A DNA stretch of 64,000 nt from a virus. The stretch is from IMG/VR virus record IMGVR_UViG_3300042892_000474, positions 1-64,000 of that record; one strand, 5' to 3'. The notes under the pieces are model-generated. The model saw only the letters and a program-made list of their open reading frames with translations. It ran no database searches and was not told where the DNA came from. The translations under genes and the position numbers were made by a program. Each line of letters starts with the position of its first letter. Position 1 is the first letter of the stretch. Of this stretch, positions 19,931-30,659 are shown one piece after another.

Positions 19931-21034
19931 TTATAGCCCTGCCAGACGCTTGATATCGATAACGTTATCACGTTGTTCCATATCAACTTCTTTGATTTGT
20001 TTGGCAGTTTTATCACCGGTTGCTTCTACAATAACTGATTCTGATAGAGTAGCTTTCGCTTTCTTTTCAGTGCCAGTATTAAGAACTGCCGGTAAATACT
20101 TATCGAAAGTAGCTTTCAACTTAGTTGTTTGCACACTTTCTAGTAAAGTTTTCATCGTAGAAGCTTTTTCTTCGTTAAGTGAACTTAGCAATTCAGCCAT
20201 AGTCTTTTCACGTAGATTACTTTCTTTGATGATTCGAACTTCACGTTCTTTTGATTCAACTAATTGCTTGGCACTAGATAAAATCTGTGCCGATTCTGCA
20301 AGTTGTTGTTCTTTTTCTTGTAGTTTAGCTACTAGCTTGCGAGTTTCTGCTTTCTCATTTAAATGAGTAACAGAGAATTCGCCGGCGAAAGCTTCAAACA
20401 GTTTGCGACCAAAAGTGTTTTCACGTGCAATCTGAATGTCTTCCTTAAGCTGAGATAGTTCGCCCTGAAGATGAGTGGTAACTGCTGTACTAAGTCTCTT
20501 TGCACTTTCAGAAACAAAACGTTTCTTCAATGCTTCGAGTTGTTGACGACCCTCTGAAACCAATTTAACTTTAGCTTCAACCACTGCTTGTTTGTCTTGA
20601 GTGAATTCTTTAATTTCACGGGCAAGAGCATGAACAACGAATTGTTCTAACTTGGTTTGACTTTCTTTCATTGATTTGCGATCACTACGTAATTCTTTAA
20701 TTTCTTCGGCTAATTTAGTAACCATAAAATCATTGAATTTAACTGCGTTTTCACGTAGTTTTTGTTGTGCTCGTACACGGTCTTCATTCATAGCCTGTCT
20801 CTCAATTTGAAATTCTGAAATTTCAGATTGTAGGCTGTCAGTCATCATCTTATCTAGGGCTTCAACCATCACGCTTCTGTCGTGTTCGTAACGGCGTGCG
20901 AACTCCTCACGTAATTCAGCACGAACTTGCTCACGAGCCTCAACTAACTTTGATTCCCATGCTTCATTTAACTGAGCACCAACTTCATCATTAATTAGAC
21001 CGCTTTCAAGTAATGGTTTGATAGCATCAAACAT
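19931..21034 (-). CDS. gp22: Prohead core scaffold protein (gp22-like)
   Basis: Glu/Lys-rich coiled coil lying between the protease and capsid genes. Confidence 0.8.
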   Translation of the reverse strand: MFDAIKPLLESGLINDEVGAQLNEAWESKLVEAREQVRAELREEFARRYEHDRSVMVEALDKMMTDSLQSEISEFQIERQAMNEDRVRAQQKLRENAVKFNDFMVTKLAEEIKELRSDRKSMKESQTKLEQFVVHALAREIKEFTQDKQAVVEAKVKLVSEGRQQLEALKKRFVSESAKRLSTAVTTHLQGELSQLKEDIQIARENTFGRKLFEAFAGEFSVTHLNEKAETRKLVAKLQEKEQQLAESAQILSSAKQLVESKEREVRIIKESNLREKTMAELLSSLNEEKASTMKTLLESVQTTKLKATFDKYLPAVLNTGTEKKAKATLSESVIVEATGDKTAKQIKEVDMEQRDNVIDIKRLAGL

Positions 21035-21046
21035 GCTTATTCCCCT

Positions 21047-21682
21047 TTATTTGATTTTCAAGTCTTTGATAAGGCGCATTACTTCCTCTTTCAAAAACTT
21101 TTCTACTTTTTTGTCACCCTGTGCATCTTTTGCGATATCCAACAATTTATGACCATGACGCATCTTCATCATACCTTCATATATTGCTTTAGGATAAGCA
21201 TTAGGAGCGCTTGGTTGAGCGACAATATCGACAGTGACTATTTCAAAGTCACTGACACGGCCGTCCATATCGTTAACGTTTCCGCTACCTCTACTAGACA
21301 CGCCAAGTTTGACACCACTCTGCAACATGGTAGTTACTAACTGACCCATTGGAGTTGGTAATATCTTTAGTTTTCCAAAACCGTTTGCACCATCCATCCA
21401 CATGCTTGTAATCATGTGTGATACACGGTCTAAGTTGATCTTTAAGTCGTCAGGATGATCCACTTCACCTAGAACTGAATAACCTGTTTTGATTTGTTCA
21501 TTTAGAGTATTAACGGCAGATTCAATTTCAGAAACGGGGTAAACACGCTCATTAGCGTTTTTAACCCCACCCTGAATGAAGATCCCTTTCATGTAGAGAT
21601 TCTTCTTGTCGCCGTCACCTTCACTTTCGACCACCATACCGGCTCTGTCGAATGTTAGATGCTCCTTGAGATACAAAGCCAT
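21047..21682 (-). CDS. gp21: Prohead protease (gp21-like)
   Basis: GIFIQGGVKNANERVYP, LGEVDHP, GVSSRGSG, DIVAQPSAPNA. Confidence 0.95.
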   Translation of the reverse strand: MALYLKEHLTFDRAGMVVESEGDGDKKNLYMKGIFIQGGVKNANERVYPVSEIESAVNTLNEQIKTGYSVLGEVDHPDDLKINLDRVSHMITSMWMDGANGFGKLKILPTPMGQLVTTMLQSGVKLGVSSRGSGNVNDMDGRVSDFEIVTVDIVAQPSAPNAYPKAIYEGMMKMRHGHKLLDIAKDAQGDKKVEKFLKEEVMRLIKDLKIK

Positions 21683-21694
21683 TGCTCTCAGACC

Positions 21695-22585
21695 TTACTT
21701 AACGATTCTTCTTGTAGTCTTGCGAGACTCAGCTACTGGGCTCTTGATAGCGCCGGCTGCGTCTTTAGTGACTGGCTTAGGTGTTGACTCACCTTTTTCG
21801 TTGAAATTACCTGCGCCTGGAGAATTTTTAAATGATCCTGCACCTTTAACAGATGTTTCACCTTTAGCATATGCATTGCTAGGAGCCTTTGGGCTTGATG
21901 GTACAGCTTCTGATTGACCAGAGAACTTAACTGGTCTGCTATCCATACCAGCTTGTCCACTGTTTTGTAGACTTGGGCTCTTTGTTTGAGCACCATTGTC
22001 GCCCATTTGACCGTACTTGTTATATGTTGATCCACCAACTTGCTTTAGTTGAACAGCTTCCATAACTGATTCTTCTAAATCATCTTCTTCATCGATTTCT
22101 TCGGCTTCCATCATGTCATCATCGCCCATGTCGTCAGCACCCATGTCGTCAGCACCCATGTCGTCCATGTCGTCACCGCCCATGTCATCATCGCCGCCGC
22201 CCATGATTTGTTCAAACTCTGCCATTAATTGGTCTAGCTTGTCTTCGATACGAATTACAGCATCTTCAACTTCTTCACCACCTTCGTCACCCATGTCGTC
22301 AGCATCGATGTCAACTATTTCATCATCGCCTTCGCCGTCATCAGCATCGAATTCCATTTCTTCATCGTCTTCAGTCATGCCGCCGGCTTCTTCAGCATTG
22401 ATTTCATCCATCAAGTCACCAACTTGACCGACCATGCCGCCTTCGCCCATCATCTCTTCATCCATGATAGACTCATAAATCTCACGTGATTTTTCTACCA
22501 CGATTTCGTGAAATAATTCACGTGCTTGTTCTTCGTTCTCATTGATAATCATATCAATAAGTTGTTCAAATTTTTTGTTGTCCAT
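21695..22585 (-). CDS. Highly acidic prohead core / internal protein
   Basis: Asp/Glu/Met-rich with DDMG(A/G) repeats; first gene of the head operon; SD AGGAG and CTAAATA box. Confidence 0.7.
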   Translation of the reverse strand: MDNKKFEQLIDMIINENEEQARELFHEIVVEKSREIYESIMDEEMMGEGGMVGQVGDLMDEINAEEAGGMTEDDEEMEFDADDGEGDDEIVDIDADDMGDEGGEEVEDAVIRIEDKLDQLMAEFEQIMGGGDDDMGGDDMDDMGADDMGADDMGDDDMMEAEEIDEEDDLEESVMEAVQLKQVGGSTYNKYGQMGDNGAQTKSPSLQNSGQAGMDSRPVKFSGQSEAVPSSPKAPSNAYAKGETSVKGAGSFKNSPGAGNFNEKGESTPKPVTKDAAGAIKSPVAESRKTTRRIVK

Positions 22586-22621
22586 TGTTTGTCTCCTGAA
22601 ATAGAATGGCTTTGTAATAAT

Positions 22622-22668
22622 TATTTAGTGGGTATCATAAAAAAGAGCACAATAAGTGCTCATTTTTT
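22622..22668 (-). terminator. Terminator hairpin followed by a late promoter (ACTAAATA) for the head operon
   Basis: GAGCAC-TTATT-GTGCTC-TTTTTT, then ACTAAATA at 22622-22629. Confidence 0.7.
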
Positions 22669-22694
22669 GCGTTTTTATCTCAGATATACTAAAT

Positions 22695-22925
22695 TTAGAC
22701 AGATGGTCCACCTTCAGCATCAGGCTTAGGACCGTATTGATCAAAAACTTTTTTCAAGTGTTGCTTCTTTTCGTAGTTACGAACATCTAACATTTTCCTC
22801 AATTTGCGAATTTGTTTCAATGTTAGTTTAGTTTTTCTTGACTGCTTCCATATAGGCTTACTGTTATCTTGATTTACATCTTGATAACCTGCTACAGGTG
22901 GGTCGAACATTTCCATTAATTTCAT
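22695..22925 (-). CDS. Small basic hypothetical protein (head module)
   Basis: 76-aa ORF (SRKTKLTLKQIRKLRK) preceded by GATAAATA-N5-ATG. Confidence 0.7.
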   Translation of the reverse strand: MKLMEMFDPPVAGYQDVNQDNSKPIWKQSRKTKLTLKQIRKLRKMLDVRNYEKKQHLKKVFDQYGPKPDAEGGPSV

Positions 22926-22941
22926 AATAGTATTTATCTAA

Positions 22942-24723
22942 TTAAGCTGGTGGGCCGGCTGGTGGCATTGCACCTGGTGATGACTGTACTGGTCCTGCTA
23001 TATCAGGGGACATTCCTTCTTCCCCTTCAGGTGATTCAGGTTCAGCCATTTCTTCTCCAGTTTGTTCATCAGTTTCAACATCACCTACACTAACACCTAT
23101 ATTTCTCAAATCTTGTCCTGCAGGTTCTTCGTCTTCTGTCTTGTTATTTTCTTCACGCCATAATTCTTGGTTCTTAGTTATTTCTTCTTCAGTCAATCCT
23201 AAGAATCGCTCTAATGCAAATCGTTTAGATATGTAGGGAAACGCTTCCATACTAGCAAATGTTCCAACACGTGCATTATCTAATTCACTTTGACGATATG
23301 CCGCAAAGTTTTGTGGAGGATTAAACTTTAGTTGAAACAATCCACTATCAATGTTTAGTCCTCTCCAACGTAAGAATAATTTGAATTCTTCATCAAGCTT
23401 CAACGCAATGTAATTTTGCAAACGTTCGCAATATTGATTGAAACGAAACTCTTGAATCATAGCAGTACCAACACGACCATCACTCAATGGTGTTGTATTA
23501 TCGTCTGGTCCTGTAGGAAGATAACTACTTGGCACTCGCAAGCCACGAGCTAACCTATTGTTGAAGTAACGCAAGTCATCAATCTCACCCAAGTTTTGTC
23601 CACCAGGTAATACTTCAACACTTGATCCTCTTCCGTCAGCAGTGACAGGGAAGAAGTAATCTTCATTCATTGATAATGGATTGTAAGTAGCATCCACTAC
23701 ACTAGAACCACCATATGGTGATGGGATTCTACGCTGGTGAATCTCGTTTTTAATACGCTCGACAAATGCCATAGCCATATGACTTGGCATATTACCAACG
23801 TCAATTTTAAACATTCTGCGTTCAGGAGCACGTTGAACACGATAGATAAGAACAGCGTCTTCTAGTAATTCTTTTTGCTTATAAACTTTAAAAATGTTTT
23901 CTAATATTGACTGACCGAAGGGCCAGAAACGATCCAGACCCTCCGTCAAACTTAGATGGACTACATGTTTAGCATCTATGGCTGACTCGCTCTGGCCCAA
24001 AGTGAATCGACTTCCGGTAGTATTATATGGCATTGCAGGAACAGTGTATCCACCGCCTGAGCCTCCTCCACCTGTACCACCCATACCTGTTGCAGGGTTT
24101 GCCGCAAAGTCAGTGTTTGTTTTTTGTGCTACTGTTAAGTTTTGTAAATTAATGTTTATGTCTTTAATAACATATTGTTCAGGCTTTTTACCTTCACTTT
24201 CATTGACAATGACTTTAATAACTTTAAGCATGTCAACCCAATATAATTTAAAGTTCTCTGGGTCACGAACAAAAACTTGATCTCCAAATTTGATTGTGTT
24301 GCGAAATATCTTAAACAATCTAACATCAAACTCGTTTAGTTTGCACCACTGTTGTAGTTGTGTTTTTAATAATTCTACTTCATGTGGAGTAGGATCATCT
24401 TTAAATTCAAAAGCAAAAGGAGTTTTATTTTGCTCATTTTTCATTGTACTGAATTCAGATATAATATCTAAACATGCATTAATTTCAGCGTCAACATCCA
24501 TCATTTCGTATTGATTGTATCGTTCAATCCTGTTTGGGTGTCCTGAATAAACTTCAGGAAGTCTACTCATGTAATTACGATAACCCCAGTCAACGTTATT
24601 TGCTCCGCCGGTAGAACTGCCGTTTTGTCCAGGGCTCCCATTCCATGCCCCTTGATTACTATTACCGCCGGAGATTGGGCTAGAAACGCCGCTTTTGTTT
24701 AAAAATTTCTTTTTGTATGTCAT
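22942..24723 (-). CDS. gp20: Portal vertex protein (gp20-like)
   Basis: LLEDAVLIYRVQRAPERRMFKIDVGNMP, EDYFFP, LPGGQNLGEIDD, LRVPSS. Start revised to MTYKKK, downstream of a CTAAATA box. Confidence 0.95.
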   Translation of the reverse strand: MTYKKKFLNKSGVSSPISGGNSNQGAWNGSPGQNGSSTGGANNVDWGYRNYMSRLPEVYSGHPNRIERYNQYEMMDVDAEINACLDIISEFSTMKNEQNKTPFAFEFKDDPTPHEVELLKTQLQQWCKLNEFDVRLFKIFRNTIKFGDQVFVRDPENFKLYWVDMLKVIKVIVNESEGKKPEQYVIKDININLQNLTVAQKTNTDFAANPATGMGGTGGGGSGGGYTVPAMPYNTTGSRFTLGQSESAIDAKHVVHLSLTEGLDRFWPFGQSILENIFKVYKQKELLEDAVLIYRVQRAPERRMFKIDVGNMPSHMAMAFVERIKNEIHQRRIPSPYGGSSVVDATYNPLSMNEDYFFPVTADGRGSSVEVLPGGQNLGEIDDLRYFNNRLARGLRVPSSYLPTGPDDNTTPLSDGRVGTAMIQEFRFNQYCERLQNYIALKLDEEFKLFLRWRGLNIDSGLFQLKFNPPQNFAAYRQSELDNARVGTFASMEAFPYISKRFALERFLGLTEEEITKNQELWREENNKTEDEEPAGQDLRNIGVSVGDVETDEQTGEEMAEPESPEGEEGMSPDIAGPVQSSPGAMPPAGPPA

Positions 24724-24752
24724 AACTTTATGTGGGTATATACTATTTAGTA

Positions 24753-27700
24753 TCAAACTTGTGAATACTGTAATATCTTACCTTGTATATCATTACTTTC
24801 ACTCATTTTGTTTACCAATTCAGTCATTGATTTAGCGACTTCAGCCATAACACTGTCATCTGCTCCTTCTACTATCGGTGCAGCCGCATTTTGAGCTAAG
24901 TCTTTTCCAAGTTGTTGAACAACAGTCTTGAATTCTTCTTGCAATTGCTTGATAGCATCAGTAAGAGATGTTTTATCCATATCCATAATCTCTTTCAATC
25001 TATCACCTAATATATTGCCAGCATCTGGGCCAAATTGTTCTGTTCCCACTTTAGCCGGGCCCATGTCGTAATTGGTTGCCATTCCCGAATGTAATATCTT
25101 CTTCCAAGCTTCAGTGTCAGTGATTGTCTGAGTTTTTTCGTCATATGCCCCAATCTTACTTGCCATTCCTTGAACAGCTTTCAAGTCAGTAGACATAGGA
25201 CCTGCATTGTATCCAGTATATTCATTCATGCCAGCGAACGTCGGACCCATTTCTTCTGAGAACAACTTTACTGATTTCTTAGCTATCGCAGTAGTATCTA
25301 TTGCAGGAATTTCATTAGTATCTCCACCAGTAGTTACATTCCCCGCCATCTTACTAAAAGATGCAAGTTCTTTCTTAGCTAAACTTTCAATCTTATCAGT
25401 AGGTATTACTGTCTCATTGCCATGCAATTCAACAATGTATCCTGTTTCTGGACCCTCAAATACTCCGCCTTTTTGTGCTTTTGGTATGTCCGACTTTTTA
25501 GTATCGGCAGATGCGACCATTGTACCACCTGATGATGGTTGAATTCCTTGAATATCTTTAGAGCCTGCATATGCAGTAACCTTATTCATGACTTCACCGG
25601 CTAAATAACTGCCCTTCTTGCGAACATCTCCACCTGCAATCTGACTAGTAGCTAATACATTTGCATCTTGTTGGGACATATTCTTTTCATCTATGCCCAT
25701 AGCCTTAGCCATTCTAGCCTTGCCTTTTTCCATATACCAGGCTACAACTTCAGCCGCAACCTTAGGATCATTAACTAAGTCAGGATCTTTAACTAGTCTA
25801 TCATCACCAAACACTGCCTGTGATGCTTGTGCATAGTTGCTCTTACCGGTAAGTTGAATGTATCCACGACCTCTATATTTCCATCCATCACCGGGGTCAA
25901 GATTACCCATGCTACGACCAATCTTAGTATCCTTGCCGTACATGAACTCGCCCATGCCTTCTTCACTAGACTTGATTTTGTTTAATTCCTCATCAGTCTT
26001 TCCGGCTGCTCTTGATCCAAATATGCTACGAATACGTTCATTACTTGTCTTGCTGTAATTAAGATTTTCATTGACGACCTTGCCACCGGATTCTTTCATG
26101 ACGTTGCCCAACACAGCATTAAGATATTTTTCATCTCCCATGCCACGCTTCATCAATGCGGCTTTAACGTCACCTAGATTCTGTTTAACATCTTGGTCTT
26201 TAGCTGGCTTTACTCCAGTACCACCACCCATACCTGCTAGAGGAGGTGCTGATGGAGGCTTCATACCCAAGCCACTATCTGCGGGTTTTTCTGCCGGTTT
26301 TCCACCTCCACCACTACTGCCAAAAATTCCGCCTAAGCCTTCAGGTGGTTTTATTCCTGTACCACTACCTGTTTCCTGTGTTACTACTTTGATGTTGCTT
26401 GCAAATTTAGACAAGTCAAATCCAACTGACCTGAATACATCTTTGAGTTTATCATTCGCACCTTTAAGTCCGTCAACTTGATCCTCTGATGCTTCAAGCT
26501 TTTCTTCTTCTAATTTGTTTAGCTTGAGGATAGAAGTAGATAACTTGTCAAAACTAGCATCTGTATCACGCATGGTTTTCTTTAACTCTGCTAGTGCTTC
26601 AATTTCTTCTTCTAATTCTTCATCACGCTCCGCGGAGTTATCACTCAATCCGGCAGTTTTCATACCAGTGCCCAACGGGGTAATCATTTCTTTACCATGT
26701 AGCTCTACCGGATATCCTGACTTAGGTCCGTCGAATATACCACCAATTGAGGCTTTGGGTGCATTTGCCTTTGCTTTCTCATTTGCAATTGCTCTATCCA
26801 TTTGTTGTAGGATATTTTTGTACGCAAGTTCGCTTTGTGCGCTTTTTGAAACTGGGCCCTTTTTCTCAAATATTTCTCGTGTTTCTTCTAGTTCTTTTAC
26901 TTTTCTTTGTATAGCATCATTACTTGTATCTTTTGGTGCTTCTGGTGCTTTTGCTACTACAGTCGGTTGATCCGGTGCTTTTGCTACTGCTGTCTGGGGC
27001 ACCGCTTTTACTTCCTGTACAGGTCTATCTATCTTAGCTGCGCCAACTTTTTCTGCACGTTCTGCAAATTCTTCTTTTGCTTTCATGTCAGCAATCATTC
27101 GTGCTACATTTTCAGCTCCCTGTACTCTTTGTGCTGATGCGTCTTTAGGAAGATTCTTTTTGCGTGATTCCAATTCTTTATCAAATAATTCTTTCTTTCT
27201 TTCAAGATATTCTTTGTATAATTTTTCATCTTTCTTTGCAAGTTCCATCTCACTAAATGTAAATGATTTAGTTTCGGATTTGGTTACTGATTTAGTAGCT
27301 ACATTTCCTGTAGATTCCGGTGTTCCTAGTTTTGTCATTGGTGTCATTGCACCTAATGCTTTCATTAGATTTGAATCTTCTACTTTGACAATGGATACTT
27401 TAACTACATCACTTCCTGCTTTGGTATCTTTAGCAAGATTATCGTCTTTCTTAGCTTCTGCTTTCTTAGAAGCTTCGTCAACTTTCTTGTCAGCATCACT
27501 AGTCATCTTAGCGATGCCGCCACCAGCAACTTCACCAATAGCTTTACCTGCTTTACTACCCAGCCAACCGCCTAATGCGGCTCCAATGATACCACCTACT
27601 GCTGTACCTAATACAGGAACAACAGAACCAATTGCGGCACCTGCGGCTGCACCTTTTAGTGCGCCGGCTGTACCACCAATTGCTGTTCCTGCACCACCGC

Positions 27701-29756
27701 CAACTGCTTCGCCCTTTTCAACTCTAGCTTCTTCTTTTGTTATCGTACCTTCTTTAAGGTCTTTATCAGCTTTCTTTATACCTTGATATGCATCTATTAC
27801 ACCTGAACCAACTGACATTGCAGTACCGATCAATGGTGCTGCCTTTGACAATCCTGCTAATGGTCCTGCTAATTTAGATAGCGCTGATGCGGCTGTTGTT
27901 GCGGCTGTTGCGGCAGATCCTGCACCTCCTACTGCACTAGTTGCACCTACTGCACCCTGTGCTGCTGTTGCGCCTGCTTTCCAACCTGATAGTGATCCGG
28001 CAGCTGGGCCGGCACGACCAGGCAAACCTTTGTTCATTAAGTCACCAATGCCACCTACTGCGGAGCCTACTCCCATCTTACCTAACTTATACGCGGCTAT
28101 TCCTGCCGCGGCTGCTAAGGCTGTACTAGCGGCGCTGGCTGCAAATGTTGACTTAGTAAATGGATTCAGTGCTCCCAATAAATCGTCTTTTAGACCACGT
28201 AATGCACGTTCCAATGATAGTACAGTGTTCTCTGTATCTTTTGCACCATCACGCATTGGTTTGCCAGCAGCATCTAAAATCTCGCCTTGTTCTTTTCGTC
28301 TTCTTATCTGTTCTTCTGTGGCTTTATCTTCTGCCGCTATACGTTTTTTACCTTCTTCTGTCTGAGACTCCATGAATCTAGCGGCATTTTTTCTTGCCTG
28401 GTTATCAACACCCATAGATTCTTGAATCTGCTTCGAGGCGTCGCCGTATGCATACATACTTTCGCCCATCTTTTTGTTAACATTGGTAGTAGATTTAGCA
28501 ATTTCTCCTTGATAATCACGTAATGCGCTCTGTCCTTTGTTTAGTTTTTCTGCAACACCTTCAATATTTCTACCTGCCGTCAAGAAATGAGCATTTGCTT
28601 GGGTGTAAACTGGTGCACTGTCTCTAGAAATACTCTGTAGCAACGCAGTAGAATCTCTTGCACTTTCGTTAGACTGAGACCACATAGCCATTTCTTGTTT
28701 AGATTTGATGACTTGATCTATTTGTGCCGCTCTCTCTTTTAATTCTTTTTGTCGTATTGGATCAGTTTCTTTTGCCGCCCGTGATTCCAACTCAGAACGT
28801 TCCATAGATTTAGTGTGTATGTATGCGTTAAAGTTTTCTTGAGCCATTGCAGCATCAAGTGCCGATTGACTCTCTTTTATCGACATACCAGTTAATTCTT
28901 TGAGCTTGACTAACTGATCTACATATTCCAATGATGCTTTTTGTAATTCTTTGGGACTTTTTGACAAAGCCATACCAGCATTAGAGCTTTGTTTAACATA
29001 CATCGCCTGAGCTTCAGTTAATTGCTCTTGACTAATTCCTAAACGATTGTAAGATTGTATGTTCTTTTCACCAACTGCGGTCATCTTGCCAAACAGCTTA
29101 GTACCTTCAGCAGAATTAACACCTAATGCGTTAATATCTTTGCCGACAATTTTTACAGAATTGACAAATTTATCTAAGTTATCTACTGTGTATCCTGAGG
29201 CGCGACCAAGTTGTCTGACTTGCTCAGTCGTCATGTTAGTAGTACCGCCCATTTCACTCAAGCTATCAAAAGCTTTGAGCATCTTCTGAGTTTGGTCGAG
29301 TAACATAGGGGCCATAACACTAAAACCCTTAATTACACCTCCAATTGTATTACCTAAAACACCAAAGTGTTTTCCAACAGACATTGCAACATCACCTACG
29401 CCGCCGATTGTACTACCCCACTTAGTCAGGTCTGCTGATGTATTTGATAGTGTACTAGATAGATTGAATAGTCCTTTAGTGGCTGAGGCGCCTGCTTCTT
29501 TGAGTGCTTTAGTTGCGGCCGCTGCCTCTCGTTCCCCAGCAATTCTAGCTTTTTCAGCTTCGGATAGGTTGTTTAGATTATCATTTAATTTATCAAACGC
29601 ATTTCCAGTACGCTTTACGTTTTGGTCAAGCATCCATTGCTCACGCTGTTCTGTAGTCATTGTTTTTACAAAAACACCGGCTAAGGAGTTAACAGCATCC
29701 GTTTGTATGCGTAGCTGTTCTAAGATTTCTTGACTGGTTTGATTATTTTCATCCAT
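24753..29756 (-). CDS. Tape-measure-like protein with GH19 (chitinase/lysozyme-type) domain
   Basis: Long helical Ala-rich N-terminal part, Gly-zipper hydrophobic segment, and KESG..ENLNY..GDGWKYRGRGYIQLTGKSNY (GH19) near 25560-26180. Confidence 0.8.
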   Translation of the reverse strand: MDENNQTSQEILEQLRIQTDAVNSLAGVFVKTMTTEQREQWMLDQNVKRTGNAFDKLNDNLNNLSEAEKARIAGEREAAAATKALKEAGASATKGLFNLSSTLSNTSADLTKWGSTIGGVGDVAMSVGKHFGVLGNTIGGVIKGFSVMAPMLLDQTQKMLKAFDSLSEMGGTTNMTTEQVRQLGRASGYTVDNLDKFVNSVKIVGKDINALGVNSAEGTKLFGKMTAVGEKNIQSYNRLGISQEQLTEAQAMYVKQSSNAGMALSKSPKELQKASLEYVDQLVKLKELTGMSIKESQSALDAAMAQENFNAYIHTKSMERSELESRAAKETDPIRQKELKERAAQIDQVIKSKQEMAMWSQSNESARDSTALLQSISRDSAPVYTQANAHFLTAGRNIEGVAEKLNKGQSALRDYQGEIAKSTTNVNKKMGESMYAYGDASKQIQESMGVDNQARKNAARFMESQTEEGKKRIAAEDKATEEQIRRRKEQGEILDAAGKPMRDGAKDTENTVLSLERALRGLKDDLLGALNPFTKSTFAASAASTALAAAAGIAAYKLGKMGVGSAVGGIGDLMNKGLPGRAGPAAGSLSGWKAGATAAQGAVGATSAVGGAGSAATAATTAASALSKLAGPLAGLSKAAPLIGTAMSVGSGVIDAYQGIKKADKDLKEGTITKEEARVEKGEAVGGGAGTAIGGTAGALKGAAAGAAIGSVVPVLGTAVGGIIGAALGGWLGSKAGKAIGEVAGGGIAKMTSDADKKVDEASKKAEAKKDDNLAKDTKAGSDVVKVSIVKVEDSNLMKALGAMTPMTKLGTPESTGNVATKSVTKSETKSFTFSEMELAKKDEKLYKEYLERKKELFDKELESRKKNLPKDASAQRVQGAENVARMIADMKAKEEFAERAEKVGAAKIDRPVQEVKAVPQTAVAKAPDQPTVVAKAPEAPKDTSNDAIQRKVKELEETREIFEKKGPVSKSAQSELAYKNILQQMDRAIANEKAKANAPKASIGGIFDGPKSGYPVELHGKEMITPLGTGMKTAGLSDNSAERDEELEEEIEALAELKKTMRDTDASFDKLSTSILKLNKLEEEKLEASEDQVDGLKGANDKLKDVFRSVGFDLSKFASNIKVVTQETGSGTGIKPPEGLGGIFGSSGGGGKPAEKPADSGLGMKPPSAPPLAGMGGGTGVKPAKDQDVKQNLGDVKAALMKRGMGDEKYLNAVLGNVMKESGGKVVNENLNYSKTSNERIRSIFGSRAAGKTDEELNKIKSSEEGMGEFMYGKDTKIGRSMGNLDPGDGWKYRGRGYIQLTGKSNYAQASQAVFGDDRLVKDPDLVNDPKVAAEVVAWYMEKGKARMAKAMGIDEKNMSQQDANVLATSQIAGGDVRKKGSYLAGEVMNKVTAYAGSKDIQGIQPSSGGTMVASADTKKSDIPKAQKGGVFEGPETGYIVELHGNETVIPTDKIESLAKKELASFSKMAGNVTTGGDTNEIPAIDTTAIAKKSVKLFSEEMGPTFAGMNEYTGYNAGPMSTDLKAVQGMASKIGAYDEKTQTITDTEAWKKILHSGMATNYDMGPAKVGTEQFGPDAGNILGDRLKEIMDMDKTSLTDAIKQLQEEFKTVVQQLGKDLAQNAAAPIVEGADDSVMAEVAKSMTELVNKMSESNDIQGKILQYSQV

Positions 29757-29828
29757 GTATTTTACCAAATAAATATACTTGTATTTAGTATTGGGTAACG
29801 ACCCAATTTTAACTTAAAAGGAACAAAA

Positions 29829-30659
29829 ATGGCATTAGATAACAACCCGCTGAAACAGTATTTCCGTCGTCCATCAGTATATGTAAAATTACCTAGCGGT
29901 GGTAAATATTATCCGCAGGGAGTAATAGACATGCCCGAAAACGGCGAGATCCCAATCTTCCCTATGACAGCTATAGATGAGATTACTACAAAAACACCTG
30001 ACGCACTGTACAACGGTACAGCTATGGCAGAATTAATGAAAAGCTGTGTACCAAACATCAAAGACCCATGGGCAATCAATAGTATGGACTTAGATGCTAT
30101 CCTAATTGGCATTCGTGCTGCTGGTGGCGGAAATGATATGGAGATCGAATCCGAATGCCCTGCATGTAAGGACATTGGAAAATATGGTATAAACCTCATC
30201 AACCTGTTGAGTCAGATGAGACCTGGAAATTATGACACTGAACTAGAAACCAATGATCTAAAGATCAAATTTAGACCATTGTCATATAAAGAAATGAACG
30301 AGGCCAGTATTGGTCAAATTGAAATTCAACGTGTGTTTATCATGCTAGAAAACGAACCTGATGAAGAAGTTCGTAAAACACGTGGCCAAGAAGCACTAAA
30401 GAGAATAACTCAATTAACAATCAAGTTGTTAACTGGTGCTATCGAATACATTAATACTCCTTCTGCCCGAGTAGATAACAAAGAATTCATCTTAGATTTC
30501 TTGAATAACTGTGATAAAAATATGTATGTTACATTGCGTGATTACAATGCAAATTTAAAATCACAAACGGAAATCAAACCATTACGAATTAAATGTGTAC
30601 ACTGTACTAATGAGTACGAACAACCATTTACATTGAATACATCAGATTTTTTCGCCTAA
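29829..30659 (+). CDS. Baseplate hub assembly protein (gp26-like)
   Basis: NPLKQYFRRP..LPSGG, DLDAILIGIR..G, two CxxC pairs, C-terminal DFF; SD AAGGA. Confidence 0.75.
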   Translation: MALDNNPLKQYFRRPSVYVKLPSGGKYYPQGVIDMPENGEIPIFPMTAIDEITTKTPDALYNGTAMAELMKSCVPNIKDPWAINSMDLDAILIGIRAAGGGNDMEIESECPACKDIGKYGINLINLLSQMRPGNYDTELETNDLKIKFRPLSYKEMNEASIGQIEIQRVFIMLENEPDEEVRKTRGQEALKRITQLTIKLLTGAIEYINTPSARVDNKEFILDFLNNCDKNMYVTLRDYNANLKSQTEIKPLRIKCVHCTNEYEQPFTLNTSDFFA

